The notes beneath the pieces are model-generated. The model made no database searches. It saw only the letters and a program-made list of their open reading frames with translations, and was not told the DNA's origin. The translations under genes and the position numbers were made by a program. 64,000 nucleotides of DNA from the NCBI GenBank assembly GCA_963707215.1, contig CAVPPB010000003.1, positions 512,001-576,000 on the forward strand, given 5' to 3'. This document shows, one piece after another, positions 11,223-21,120 of the stretch (position 1 is the stretch's first letter; every line of letters begins with the position of its first letter). The DNA comes from an uncultured Chloroflexia bacterium (GTDB lineage: Bacteria; Chloroflexota; Limnocylindria; Limnocylindrales; CSP1-4).

Positions 11223-12581
11223 ATGCCGCTGACCGCCCTGGACATCTACAAGGTCCTTCCGCAGACCAACTGCGGTGAGTGCGGGGTGCCGACCTGCCTG
11301 GCCTTCGCCATGCAGCTGGCCACCAAGAAGGCGGCCATCGACGACTGCCCGTACGCCACCGACGAGGCCAAGGCCGCGCTGGCCGGTGCCGCCGCGCCCC
11401 CCATCCGCCTGGTCTCCGTGGGGCCCGCCGACCAGTGCGTGGTCATGGGCAAGGAGACGGTCCTCTTCCGCCACGAGGAGACCTTCTATCACCCGACGGC
11501 GATCGCCGTCCGCATCCGCACCGACAAGCCGGAGGCCGAGCTCCGGGCGGCCTTCGAGCGGGTGAAGGAGCTGGTCTTCGACCGGGTCGGCCAGTTCGTC
11601 AAGGTCGAGCTCGTCGCCCTGGAGGACCCGGACGACGACGCGGCCCGTTTCGCGGCGGCCGCGAAGCTGGCGAACGAGATGGAACTCGGCCTCGTCCTGG
11701 TGAGCCCGACCCCGGCCGTCATCGAGGCGGCCCTCCCGGCGCTGGCCGGCCGGCGACCGCTCATCGATGGCGCGACGGCCGGGAACTGGGAGGCGATGGC
11801 CGCCCTGGCCAAGGCCAACGACTGCCCGCTCGTGGTCCGGGGCACGGACCTCCAGGATCTCGCAGGACTGACCACCAGGATCGCCGGGCTGGGGCTCACC
11901 GACCTGATCGTCGACAGCGGCGCCCGAGGTCTGGCGGCCACCATCCGTGACCTGACCCAGATCCGGAGGCTGGCCCTGCGGCGCCAGGCCCGCCCGCTCG
12001 GCTACCCGGCCATGGCCGTCGTCACTGCGAGCGACCCGATCGACCAGGTCACCGAGGCGTCGGCCTTCATCGCCAAGTACGCCGCGATCGTCGTCGTCGA
12101 CGAGCTGGAGCCGTGGCAGGCCCTGGCCATGGTCACGGCCCGCCAGAACATCTACACCGACCCGCAGAAGCCGATCCAGGTCGACGCCGGTCTGACGACC
12201 ATCGGCAGCCCCGACGCCTCGTCGCCGGTGCTGGTCACGACGAACTTCTCGCTCACCTACTTCACCGTCGAGGCGGACACCGAGTCCAGCCACGTCCCCT
12301 CATGGGTCGTGGTCGTCGACACTGAGGGCCAATCGGTCATGACCGCCTGGGCCGCCGACAAGTTCAGCGCCGAGACGATCGCCAAGGCCCTGGAGGACTC
12401 CGGGGTGGTCGACAAGGTCGACCACCGGCGCTGCGTCATCCCAGGCGGTGTCGCCTCGCTCAGCGGCAAGCTGGAGGAGCTGAGTGGCTGGGAGGTCCTG
12501 GTGGGACCGCGCGAGTCGGCCGGTATCCCGGTCTTCATGCGGACCCGCTGGCGCCAGCCCGAGCCCGCTGCCGCGAGCTGA
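11223..12581 (+). CDS. acsC: Corrinoid iron-sulfur protein large subunit
   Basis: LPQTNCGECGVPTCLAFA...CP FeS motif; RQNIYTDPQKP, TTNFSLTYF, VGPRES. Confidence 0.96.
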   Translation: MPLTALDIYKVLPQTNCGECGVPTCLAFAMQLATKKAAIDDCPYATDEAKAALAGAAAPPIRLVSVGPADQCVVMGKETVLFRHEETFYHPTAIAVRIRTDKPEAELRAAFERVKELVFDRVGQFVKVELVALEDPDDDAARFAAAAKLANEMELGLVLVSPTPAVIEAALPALAGRRPLIDGATAGNWEAMAALAKANDCPLVVRGTDLQDLAGLTTRIAGLGLTDLIVDSGARGLAATIRDLTQIRRLALRRQARPLGYPAMAVVTASDPIDQVTEASAFIAKYAAIVVVDELEPWQALAMVTARQNIYTDPQKPIQVDAGLTTIGSPDASSPVLVTTNFSLTYFTVEADTESSHVPSWVVVVDTEGQSVMTAWAADKFSAETIAKALEDSGVVDKVDHRRCVIPGGVASLSGKLEELSGWEVLVGPRESAGIPVFMRTRWRQPEPAAAS

Positions 12582-12591
12582 GGGACCTGTC

Positions 12592-14508
12592 GTGCCGCCG
12601 GCCCGAGTGACGTTCCAGCCCGACGCCGCCAGCGCGGTCGTCGAGGAAGGCGCGACCCTTCTTGACGCTGCGTTCGCCGCCGGGTTGCTCCTCGATGGGT
12701 CGTGCGGGGGCCGGGGCATCTGCGGACGCTGCTCGGTCACGGTCGTCGACGGCCCCACGACCGAGCTGGAGGGCGCCGGCGCGGCGATCGACGGGCGGGT
12801 CCTGGCCTGCCGGACGGCCATCGCCGGAGACGTCACCGTCGATGTGCCCGCGTCCTCGCGGATCGAGGGGCTCGAGATCCTCACCGGCTCCGATCGCGCG
12901 ACCGGCATCCTGGCCTCGCCGGAGGAGCTGCCGGTCGGTCCGTTGCCCGACGCCGACCGCTACCCGTTCGACCCGCTGGCCATGGCGGTGCCGCTGGCCC
13001 TCCCCCGCCCCACGATCGACGACGCCACGAGCGACCTCGGGTTGCTCCGCCGCGAGCTGCGTCGGGGACACGCCATCCACGACCTGGCCGTGCCGCTGCC
13101 GATCCTCCGCCAGCTGCCGGAGCGGATCCGCCTGTCCGACCGCCTCGTGACCGCGCTCGTCGGGCGCCGCAACGGCGACCACGAGCTCCTCGATGTCGTT
13201 GCCGGGCGCCAGTCCCGACCGGCCTTCGGGCTGGCCATCGACCTCGGGACGACCACGGTGGTGGTCCACCTGGTCGACCTGCGCAGCGGGATGACCGCGG
13301 GCGTGGCCGCCGCGCTCAACGGCCAGGTCGCCTTCGGCGACGACGTCATCTCGCGGATCATCCACGCCGGCGAGCCGGGCGGCCTCGAGGAGCTCCGGTC
13401 GACGGTCGTCAACGAGATCAACGTCCTCGTCGGCAGCCTGGCCCTCTCCCACCACGTCGACCGCCACGAGATCCTGGCGGCGGTGGTGGCCGGGAACACG
13501 ACCATGGTCCACCTGTTCCTGGGCCTGCCGCCAGCCGAGATCCGCCGCGCCCCGTACGTCCCGGTCGCCACCGCGCTGCCCGTCTACCACGCTGCCGAGA
13601 TCGGCCTGCGCATCCACGGCCGGGCACCGGTGGCCTGCATGCCGGGAGTGGGCAGCTACGTCGGCGGGGACATCACCGCCGATGTCCTGGCGACCGGCAT
13701 GGACCGCAAGCCGGAGCTGGCCATGCTCATCGACGCCGGCACCAACGGCGAGACGGTCATCGGCAACCGCGACTTCCTGGTCTGCTGCGCCTGCTCCGCG
13801 GGCCCGGCCTTCGAGGGCGGCGGGACGTCCTGTGGCATGCGGGCGGCCCGGGGCGCGATCTCGCGGGTGGGCCCGGGCCAGGACGGGGGCCTGGCGATCT
13901 CGACGATCGGTGACGCGCCGGCACGCGGCATCTGCGGATCGGGCCTGGTCGACCTCCTCGCCGAGCTCCTGCGGAACGGCACCCTGGACCGGGCCGGCCA
14001 CCTCCGGACCGATGCGCCGGGAGTCCGCGAGACCGAGGCCGGCCTCGAACTCGTCCTCGCGCCGGAGGAGCGGACCGCCACCGGCGGGCCGATCGCCCTC
14101 ACCAGCGCCGACATCGAGACGCTCCTGCGCTCGAAGGCCGCCGTCTACGCGGGTGCGGCCGTCCTGGCCCGCCGCCTGGGCGTGGCGATGACCGACATCG
14201 AGCGGGTCTACGTGGCGGGCGGGTTCGGCACCTCGCTCGACGTCGAGAAGGCCATCCTCATCGGCCTGCTGCCCGACGTGCCGCCCGACCGGGTGACCTT
14301 CATCGGCAACGGCTCGGTCACCGGGGCCCGGATGGCCCTGCTCTCCCATGCCGCCTGGATGCGGACCGCCGAGCTGGCCGACCGGATGACCTACCGCGAC
14401 CTGAGCGCCGACAACAGCTTCATGGACGAGTACGTCGCCGCGCTCTTCCTGCCCCACACCGACAGCGAGCGCTTCCCCCGCGCGGCGGCGGCGCTCGGGA
14501 TGGCCTGA
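12592..14508 (+). CDS. acsV: Reductive activator of corrinoid protein (RACo/AcsV; 2Fe-2S + ASKHA domain)
   Basis: CGGRGICGRC...LAC ferredoxin; IDLGTTT, FGDDVISRI, DAGTNGE, GICGSG, LPHTD. Confidence 0.92.
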   Translation: MPPARVTFQPDAASAVVEEGATLLDAAFAAGLLLDGSCGGRGICGRCSVTVVDGPTTELEGAGAAIDGRVLACRTAIAGDVTVDVPASSRIEGLEILTGSDRATGILASPEELPVGPLPDADRYPFDPLAMAVPLALPRPTIDDATSDLGLLRRELRRGHAIHDLAVPLPILRQLPERIRLSDRLVTALVGRRNGDHELLDVVAGRQSRPAFGLAIDLGTTTVVVHLVDLRSGMTAGVAAALNGQVAFGDDVISRIIHAGEPGGLEELRSTVVNEINVLVGSLALSHHVDRHEILAAVVAGNTTMVHLFLGLPPAEIRRAPYVPVATALPVYHAAEIGLRIHGRAPVACMPGVGSYVGGDITADVLATGMDRKPELAMLIDAGTNGETVIGNRDFLVCCACSAGPAFEGGGTSCGMRAARGAISRVGPGQDGGLAISTIGDAPARGICGSGLVDLLAELLRNGTLDRAGHLRTDAPGVRETEAGLELVLAPEERTATGGPIALTSADIETLLRSKAAVYAGAAVLARRLGVAMTDIERVYVAGGFGTSLDVEKAILIGLLPDVPPDRVTFIGNGSVTGARMALLSHAAWMRTAELADRMTYRDLSADNSFMDEYVAALFLPHTDSERFPRAAAALGMA

Positions 14509-14517
14509 GGAGGACCC

Positions 14518-15279
14518 GTGTCGTACGTGATCGCCGTGGCGGGCAAGGGAGGGACCGGCAAGACGACCCTGGCCGGCTTGATGGTCCGGGCCCTGACCCG
14601 CGACGGCCGAGGTCCGGTCCTGGCCGTGGACGCCGACCCCAACGCCTGCCTCGACGTCACCGTGGGCCTGGCGGCGACCAAGACGATCTCGGACGTCCTC
14701 GACGAGTCGCACGGGCTGCGCGACGTCCCGGCCAACATGCCGAAGCCGGTCTGGCTCGAGTACCACCTCGAGGACTGCCTGGCCGAGGGCCGTGGCGTCG
14801 ACCTCATCGTCATGGGCCGCCCCGAGGGCGCGGCCTGCTACTGCTCGGCGAACCAGATGCTCCGCAACTACCTCGACCGGATCATCGGCTCCTACCCCAG
14901 CGTCGTCATCGACAACGAGGCCGGCATGGAGCACCTCAGTCGGCGGACGACGCGCGACGTCGACCTTCTCCTGGTCGTCAGCGACGCGACGATGACCGGC
15001 GCACGGGCAGCCCGCCGGATCGCCGACCTCGTCCGGGAGCTCGGGCTGCCGGTGAAGCGGATCGCCGTCGCCGTCAACGAGGCCGACGCGATGGCCGACC
15101 CGGTGGCCGAGGTCCTCTCGAGCGACGGGCTCGAGTTCGCCGGCTTCGTCCCCCATGACCCGTCCATCGTCGAGATGGAGCTGGCCGGGCGACCCGTGTC
15201 GGAGCTGCCGGACGACGCTCCGGCCGTCCGGGCCGTCGCAGCGATCCTGGACCGGCAGTTCGCGGAGGCGACCCGATGA
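14518..15279 (+). CDS. acsF: ACS nickel-insertion ATPase (AcsF/CooC2)
   Basis: AGKGGTGKTT, GRPEGAACYCSAN, DNEAGMEHLSRRTT; GGAGG RBS. Confidence 0.88.
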   Translation: MSYVIAVAGKGGTGKTTLAGLMVRALTRDGRGPVLAVDADPNACLDVTVGLAATKTISDVLDESHGLRDVPANMPKPVWLEYHLEDCLAEGRGVDLIVMGRPEGAACYCSANQMLRNYLDRIIGSYPSVVIDNEAGMEHLSRRTTRDVDLLLVVSDATMTGARAARRIADLVRELGLPVKRIAVAVNEADAMADPVAEVLSSDGLEFAGFVPHDPSIVEMELAGRPVSELPDDAPAVRAVAAILDRQFAEATR

Positions 15280-15902
15280 AGACGTACGCCCAGGCGCTCG
15301 AGCGGCTCCAGACCGAGCTGGCGCGCCACAGCCCCGAGGTCGTCGCCCTGCGGAGCGGCGCCAAGCGCATCGGCGAGGACCGCCTGGAGCTCCGCTGCCT
15401 GGGTCGAGACTACCGGATCGACTTCCCCGATGGCGAGGTGACGACGGCCGACGGCGAGGAGGTCGACGAGCACCTTGCGATCCTGCTGCTCCTGTACCTC
15501 CTGGAGGCCGGCGGGGGCCCGACGCAGGACCACTGGATCGCCTTCGAGCAGATCAGCGGGGGCGCCGGCTACAGCGGCTCGTTCCGCGGCCGCGTCCTGG
15601 GCCCCCTGCTCCGGACCTTCGGATCGGACCCGGGGAAGCTCCGGGCGGCCGCGGTCGAGCTCGATGCGTCGCCGCTCGCCATGGGCGACGCCGCGGTCAG
15701 CATCGCGGCCCTGCCCCGCGTTCCCATCGCGATCGTCCTCTGGGCCGGTGACGACGAGTTCGCCCCCAGCGCGTCGGTCGTCTTCGACGCTTCCATCGAG
15801 GGCTACCTCGATGCCGAGGCCGTGACCGTCCTGGCCGAGCAGGCCACCCGCCGGATGATCGAGGCCGCCCGGCGCGGCCCGAGCGAGGGAGAGACCCGAT
15901 GA
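15276..15902 (+). CDS. DUF3786-like protein
   Basis: 208 aa; ILLLLYL, WIAFEQISGG, LPRVPI..LW.GDDEFAPSASVVFD; ATGA-coupled on both sides inside the acs operon. Confidence 0.8.
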   Translation: MKTYAQALERLQTELARHSPEVVALRSGAKRIGEDRLELRCLGRDYRIDFPDGEVTTADGEEVDEHLAILLLLYLLEAGGGPTQDHWIAFEQISGGAGYSGSFRGRVLGPLLRTFGSDPGKLRAAAVELDASPLAMGDAAVSIAALPRVPIAIVLWAGDDEFAPSASVVFDASIEGYLDAEAVTVLAEQATRRMIEAARRGPSEGETR

Positions 15903-16870
15903 CCATCGAGCTGATGCGCGAGACCTGGCCCGGCAAGATCCAGACCGTCACCATCGGGGCGACCCCCGACGACGGCGGGACCCGGGGCTCGACCGTCACG
16001 GTCGGCGGGAGCGCCGCTCTGCCCTTCCAGCCCGATGACGCGCCGGCCCCGCATCCGCCGGTGGTCGCCCTCCAGGTGTTCGACGTCGTCCCGCCCGACT
16101 GGCCGGATCACCTCAAGGCGCCGCTCGCCGACGTGCTGGGGTCGCCGGCCGACTGGGCCCGCTTCGCCGTCGAGACCTGCGGCGTGGACCTCGTCTGTCT
16201 CAGGCTTATGTCGGTCCACCCCGAGTGGGGCGGCGCAACACCGGACGGGGCTGTCGCCACCGTTCGCTCGGTCCTCGAAGCGGTCGACGTGCCGCTCATC
16301 ATCCTCGGCTGCGGTGACGCCGCCGCCGACAATGATCTCTGGCCGCGCGTGACCGAGGCGGCTCGAGGCGAGCGTTGCCTCGTGGGCGTCGGCGAGCCGG
16401 ACAACTACAAGACCCTGGTCGTCGCCTGCATGGCCGACGGCCACGCAGTCCTCGCCGAGGCACCCATCGACGTCAACATCCAGAAGCAGCTGACGATCCT
16501 GATGACCGAGATGGGCCTGCCGGCCGAGCGGATCGTCCTCCACCCGGGCAACGCCTCGCTGGGCTACGGCATCGAGTACGAGTACTCGATCATGGAGCGG
16601 ATCCGGCTGGCCGGCCTGCAGGGCGACCGGATGCTTGCCCAGCCGGTCATCACCATCATCGGCGAGGAGGCCTGGAAGGCCAAGGAGGCCCGGCTGCCGG
16701 CTGCCGAGATGCCGATCTGGGGCGACGAGGCCAGGCGCGGGCCGGCCTGGGAGGCGACGACGGCAGCGCTCTTCCTGCAGGCCGGGGCCGACATCGTGGC
16801 CCTGCTCCACCCGGACGCGGTGGCGAGCACGAAGCGGACGATCGCAGAGCTGACCGGGACGCCGGCATAG
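15899..16870 (+). CDS. acsD: Corrinoid iron-sulfur protein small subunit
   Basis: LGYGIEYEYSIMERIRLAGLQGD, EAWKAKEA, WEATTA...AGADI..HP. Confidence 0.94.
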   Translation: MTIELMRETWPGKIQTVTIGATPDDGGTRGSTVTVGGSAALPFQPDDAPAPHPPVVALQVFDVVPPDWPDHLKAPLADVLGSPADWARFAVETCGVDLVCLRLMSVHPEWGGATPDGAVATVRSVLEAVDVPLIILGCGDAAADNDLWPRVTEAARGERCLVGVGEPDNYKTLVVACMADGHAVLAEAPIDVNIQKQLTILMTEMGLPAERIVLHPGNASLGYGIEYEYSIMERIRLAGLQGDRMLAQPVITIIGEEAWKAKEARLPAAEMPIWGDEARRGPAWEATTAALFLQAGADIVALLHPDAVASTKRTIAELTGTPA

Positions 16871-16889
16871 CAGGCGGGAGTGAGACGAG

Positions 16890-17699
16890 ATGTTCATCAT
16901 CGGTGAGCGCATCAACGGCATGTTCAAGGTAGTCGCCAAGGCGATAGCCGAGCGGGACGAGGCGACGATCGCCGAGCTGGCCCGGCGCCAGGTCGATGCC
17001 GGGGCCCAGGCCCTCGACATCAACACCGGCCCCACCGAGGGCGACCCGGTCGAGGTGATGCGCTGGCTCGTCGAGACGGCCCAGGCCGCCGTGGACGTCC
17101 CGATGTCCATCGATTCCCCGAAGCTGCCCGTCGTCGAGTCGGGGCTGCGGGCGGCCCGGCGGCCCCCGATCATCAACTCGACGACCGGAGCCAAGGACCG
17201 GCTCGACTCCCTCGTGCCGATGGCCGTGGAGCACGGCGCCAGCCTCATCGCCCTGACCATCGACGAGCGGGGCATCCCGCGCAACGCCGAGGCGCGGTCC
17301 GAGATCGCCCTGACGATCCTGGCCCACACCATGGGAGCGGGCCTGCCGCCCGACCGGCTCTTCCTGGACCCCATCGTGCTGCCGGTCAGCGCGGCCCAGG
17401 ACCAGTGTGCGGCGGCGCTGGAGGCGGTCTCGACGTTCCGGGCCCTGAGCGACCCGGCGCCGCGGATCATCGTCGGCCTCAGCAACGTGTCGCAGGGCAC
17501 CGCCCATCGCAGTCTGGTGAACCGGACCTACCTGGTGATGGGCATGGCCCGGGGCGTCGACGCGGCGATCCTCGACCCCAACGACCGCGACCTGATGGAC
17601 GCGGTCCGGACCGCCGGGATCCTGCTGAACCAGGAGATCTACGCCGAGAACTACCTCGAGTCGACCACGTCCGCGCCCAGGGTCCCCGTCGGAGCCTGA
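16890..17699 (+). CDS. acsE: Methyltetrahydrofolate:corrinoid/FeS protein methyltransferase
   Basis: MFIIGERINGMF, LDINTG, IINST, FLDPIVLPV, GLSNVSQG, GVDAAILDP. Confidence 0.94.
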   Translation: MFIIGERINGMFKVVAKAIAERDEATIAELARRQVDAGAQALDINTGPTEGDPVEVMRWLVETAQAAVDVPMSIDSPKLPVVESGLRAARRPPIINSTTGAKDRLDSLVPMAVEHGASLIALTIDERGIPRNAEARSEIALTILAHTMGAGLPPDRLFLDPIVLPVSAAQDQCAAALEAVSTFRALSDPAPRIIVGLSNVSQGTAHRSLVNRTYLVMGMARGVDAAILDPNDRDLMDAVRTAGILLNQEIYAENYLESTTSAPRVPVGA

Positions 17700-17757
17700 C
17701 GCCGGGGGATCGAGCCGCGCCCCGGGGCCGTAGGGGGGCCGGCTACGATGATCCACG

Positions 17758-18333
17758 ATGCGTGAGCGCGATCGCTACGGCCGCCAGTCGCTGGGCGAGC
17801 GCCTGGGCGAGGCCTGGTCGTGGTTCCGCGGCAACCGGAACGCCCAGATCGTCGTCGGAGCCGTCGTCCTGGGGATGCTGGTGCTGATCGTCCTCACCCC
17901 GGGAACGGTCCGCTTCGACGAGCTCGCCGAGGGCGACTGCCTCTTCGTCCGGACCCGCTCGGCGGTCGATCTCGACACCTCCACGCCCATCGGGGATCCG
18001 TCGACGATCTCGGCCATCCTCCTGGCCGAGGGAGCCGAGCGGACGTCCTGCGACGGGAGCCATGGCCACGAGGTGATCGCCGTCGTCGAGCTTCCGGAGC
18101 CCGTCGGAGCCGCGTACCCGGGCAGCGGCACGCTGAGCGCGGAGCACATCCCGAGCTGCGTGGCGGCATTCGAGCCGTACGTGGGCCGGCCGGCCGAGGG
18201 CTCGATGTACGCGGCCTTCGTGGTGGTCCCCGACGAGGCCCGCTGGACGGCCGGCGCCCGGTCGGTCGCCTGCCTCCTCCAGCGGGTCGACGGCCGGTAT
18301 ATGGATCACGCGGCCCGCGACAGCGGCGAGTAG
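17758..18333 (+). CDS. Membrane-anchored septum-formation-family-like protein
   Basis: One N-terminal TM; GDC, CDGSHGHEV, C...F..YVG, W.AG.RSVAC pattern. Confidence 0.75.
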   Translation: MRERDRYGRQSLGERLGEAWSWFRGNRNAQIVVGAVVLGMLVLIVLTPGTVRFDELAEGDCLFVRTRSAVDLDTSTPIGDPSTISAILLAEGAERTSCDGSHGHEVIAVVELPEPVGAAYPGSGTLSAEHIPSCVAAFEPYVGRPAEGSMYAAFVVVPDEARWTAGARSVACLLQRVDGRYMDHAARDSGE

Positions 18334-18420
18334 CCGACGCCCCTCGACCCGCCCGCAACGCCGCGGACGGTCCGGCGTCACCTTGGCAGACCCGGGGAGC
18401 GCCGGGCGGATGGAGGCAGG

Positions 18421-19743
18421 ATGACGGCCGCCGCTGGGACACCACTTGCGACGACCGCCGAGCCGCGCCGGATCGGTCGGCCCAGCGTCGCCGCCTGGGT
18501 CCTCTACGACCTCGCCAACACGGCCTTCAGCCTCGGGGTCGTGACCCTCTACTTCCCCCAGTTCCTGAAGGCGCGCTTCGGGGCGACCGACGCCCAGGTC
18601 GGCGTCTACGACGCCGTGGCCATGGCCCTCATCTTCGTCTCGGCGCCGGTCCTCGGGGCGATCTCCGACCAGATCCCCCGGCGGATCCCGATGCTGGCGG
18701 TCACCACGCTGCTCTGCGTGACCTGCACCTTCGTCCTGGGCGTCGAGGCCCTGCCGCTGGTGGTCCTGCTCTTCATCGCCGCCAACTACACGTTCCAGGC
18801 GGGCCTCATCGTCTACGACTCGCTGCTGCCCGAGGTCAGCACGGACGAGACCCGCGGGCGGGTCAGCGGCATCGGCGTCGGGGTCGGCTACATCGGCTCG
18901 ATCCTGGCCATCATCGCCGGGAGCCTGATCCTGCCCGAGGACCGGGACGCGGCCACGCCCGACCAGTGGCAGTGGGTCTTCCGGGCCATCGCCGTCACCT
19001 TCCTGGTCTTCGCGATCCCGGCCTTCCTGTTCGTCCGCGAGCGTCGACGGGTCGTTCCGCCCCTGGGACCCGCGGTCGTGACCCGGGCCTTCGGCGACGT
19101 CGCCCGGACCGTGTCGAGGCTGCGCGGCTACCCGGGCCTGCTGCGCTTCCTGCTGGGCCGGGCGATCTACGCCGATGCGGCGAACACGCTGGTCTTCTTC
19201 GTCGCCATCTACGCGACCGACGAGCTCGGCTACTCGATCGGCGAGGCCTCGCGCCTGGCCATCGTCAGCATCGTCTGCGCGGTCCTCGGCGGACTGGCCT
19301 GGGGCGTGGCCGTGGACCGGTTCGGGCCCCGGAGGACCCTGCTGACGGTCCTGGCACTCTGGGTCGCGGTCTTCGCGACGACCGTGGCCATCCCCGTGCT
19401 GGACCTCCCGTCCGAGCTCCTGTACGGCGTCGCCGGCGCTATCGGGATCGCTCTCGGCGGCACCTGGGCGTCGGACCGGCCGTTCATGGCCCGGCTGAGC
19501 CCGCCACGCTACTTCGGCCAGGCCTACGGGCTCTACGCGATGGTCGGGCGCTTCGCAGCGATCGTGGGGCCGCTCCTCTGGGGGCTGGTGGCCGACGTGC
19601 TCGGGTTCGGCCGGCCCGCGGCCGTCGCCACCCTGCTCGTGCTCGTCGTAGCCGCGTTCCTGGTCATCCGTGGGGTCTCCGATGCGCCGCGCGCCTGGCG
19701 GCCGGAGGACCTGCCGGAGCTGGAGCCTGCCGAGGTCGCCTAG
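18421..19743 (+). CDS. MFS transporter (UMF1/ATG22-like)
   Basis: AWVLYDLANTAF, YDSLLPEV...RGRVSGIG.GVGYIG; about 12 TM segments. Confidence 0.88.
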   Translation: MTAAAGTPLATTAEPRRIGRPSVAAWVLYDLANTAFSLGVVTLYFPQFLKARFGATDAQVGVYDAVAMALIFVSAPVLGAISDQIPRRIPMLAVTTLLCVTCTFVLGVEALPLVVLLFIAANYTFQAGLIVYDSLLPEVSTDETRGRVSGIGVGVGYIGSILAIIAGSLILPEDRDAATPDQWQWVFRAIAVTFLVFAIPAFLFVRERRRVVPPLGPAVVTRAFGDVARTVSRLRGYPGLLRFLLGRAIYADAANTLVFFVAIYATDELGYSIGEASRLAIVSIVCAVLGGLAWGVAVDRFGPRRTLLTVLALWVAVFATTVAIPVLDLPSELLYGVAGAIGIALGGTWASDRPFMARLSPPRYFGQAYGLYAMVGRFAAIVGPLLWGLVADVLGFGRPAAVATLLVLVVAAFLVIRGVSDAPRAWRPEDLPELEPAEVA

Positions 19744-19793
19744 GCCACGAGGGTCGCCTGGCTCCATGAGCCTCGCCGAACGTCGGACGTCAC

Positions 19794-21017
19794 CTACTGC
19801 AGCGCGAGCCCCACGAGCTCGACGAGATGGTCGTAGAGCCGGGCGAGCTCGGGGGCGTCCTCGAGACCGATCCCCTCGCGGGCCTCGACGTGGTCGAACA
19901 GCCGGAACTCGGTGACCCGGCGGAGCGAGTCCTCCGGGACGGCCTCCGCCAGCGGCGCCAGGTGGCTCACCGGGATCGCGTCGTCGGTCGCCTCGTGCAT
20001 GAGGAAGACCGGCGCCTCGATCCGGTCCACCCAGACGACCGGCGAGACGGCGGCCAGCGTGGTCCTGCGCTCGGGCCCCAGCTCGATGACCGCCTGCTCG
20101 GCCGTCGCGCGGTCGGCTGCCGTCGCCAGCCGGTAGGCGGCAAGCGCGTCCCCCGACAGCCGCCGGGCGACCCCGGGATCGAACGAGTCATCGGTCGGGC
20201 CCTCGCCGATGACGATCGGCTCCACGATCGCGCGCAGCCCATCCCGCTGCGGACCGTCGGGCACGGCCGCGAGGAGCAACCCCAGGAAGACCTGGCGGGT
20301 CATGGTGCCGGGCGGCCAGGGCTCGACCGCCCCATCGCGGATGACCGTCCGCGTCGCCACGTCCACGAGCAGGGTCGATGCATCAGCGTATGCCCCGAAC
20401 GAGTTCACGTAGGCGACCCGGTCCGCGACTCGAGGGTCGGCCGCCGCGATGAGCGTCAGCGAGCCGCCGACCGAGAAGCCGGCCATCCCGACCCGCTCGG
20501 CGTCCACGCCCGGCAGCCCCGCCAGCCGCTCGAACGCGGCCACCACCCGACCGGGCTCGTCGGCGACCAGCTGGGCGGCGATCAGATCGGCCGAGGATGG
20601 GATGCCGACCACCAGCCCCATCCTGGCCAGGGCTGTGCCGACCCGGATGACCCGGTCGTCGTCGAGCGGCGCCGGACTGATGCCCAGCACCAGGAGGACG
20701 GCCGGTCGCCCGCCCTCCGGCACCGCCTCGCTACCGGGCCGGTAGATGTCCATCCGGTCCGCGTCGGGCCCGTAGGCGACGCTCGTCCGGTCGGGCTCGG
20801 GAGTGGTCGCGGCCAGCACCCGCGGCCCGGATCCCAGCAGCTCGGGGACGAGCAGCGCCACCTGGACCGCGGTTCGGACCGGCGGCACGAGAACGAACGC
20901 CAGGCCGGCGGTGACCAGCACAAGGACGAACCCCATGGCCAGGCGGCGCGGCCAGCGTCGACGTCGCCGCACCCGGGTGCCCGGCGCCCCGACCCGCTGC
21001 GCGCTTGCAGGATCCAC
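19794..21017 (-). CDS. Membrane-anchored alpha/beta hydrolase
   Basis: N-terminal TM, GFSVGG nucleophile elbow, H...DDAIP, FDHV. Confidence 0.75.
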   Translation of the reverse strand: MDPASAQRVGAPGTRVRRRRRWPRRLAMGFVLVLVTAGLAFVLVPPVRTAVQVALLVPELLGSGPRVLAATTPEPDRTSVAYGPDADRMDIYRPGSEAVPEGGRPAVLLVLGISPAPLDDDRVIRVGTALARMGLVVGIPSSADLIAAQLVADEPGRVVAAFERLAGLPGVDAERVGMAGFSVGGSLTLIAAADPRVADRVAYVNSFGAYADASTLLVDVATRTVIRDGAVEPWPPGTMTRQVFLGLLLAAVPDGPQRDGLRAIVEPIVIGEGPTDDSFDPGVARRLSGDALAAYRLATAADRATAEQAVIELGPERRTTLAAVSPVVWVDRIEAPVFLMHEATDDAIPVSHLAPLAEAVPEDSLRRVTEFRLFDHVEAREGIGLEDAPELARLYDHLVELVGLALQ

Positions 21018-21120
21018 GGTCGTCAGTGTCGCCCGGCGCCGCGGTCACCGCCAGTGCCGTCGGTGGGTCTCGTGGCGCGGGGCCATCATCGCGCGAGCCG
21101 CCCACGCGGCCCGCGGGAGG

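Larger units (their letters stand above)
6255..17699 (+). other. CODH/ACS (Wood-Ljungdahl carbonyl branch + methyltransferase) operon
   Basis: Nine co-directional genes with overlapping or very short spacers. Confidence 0.93.

Noticed and set aside
6899-17756. Long antisense ORFs over the acs operon (664, 774, 873 and 565 aa) and similar ones at 17743-19767, 42174-44618, 52702-55113 and 61620-63848
   Set aside because: These are shadow frames expected from high GC3 codon bias. They lie opposite genes with clear family motifs.
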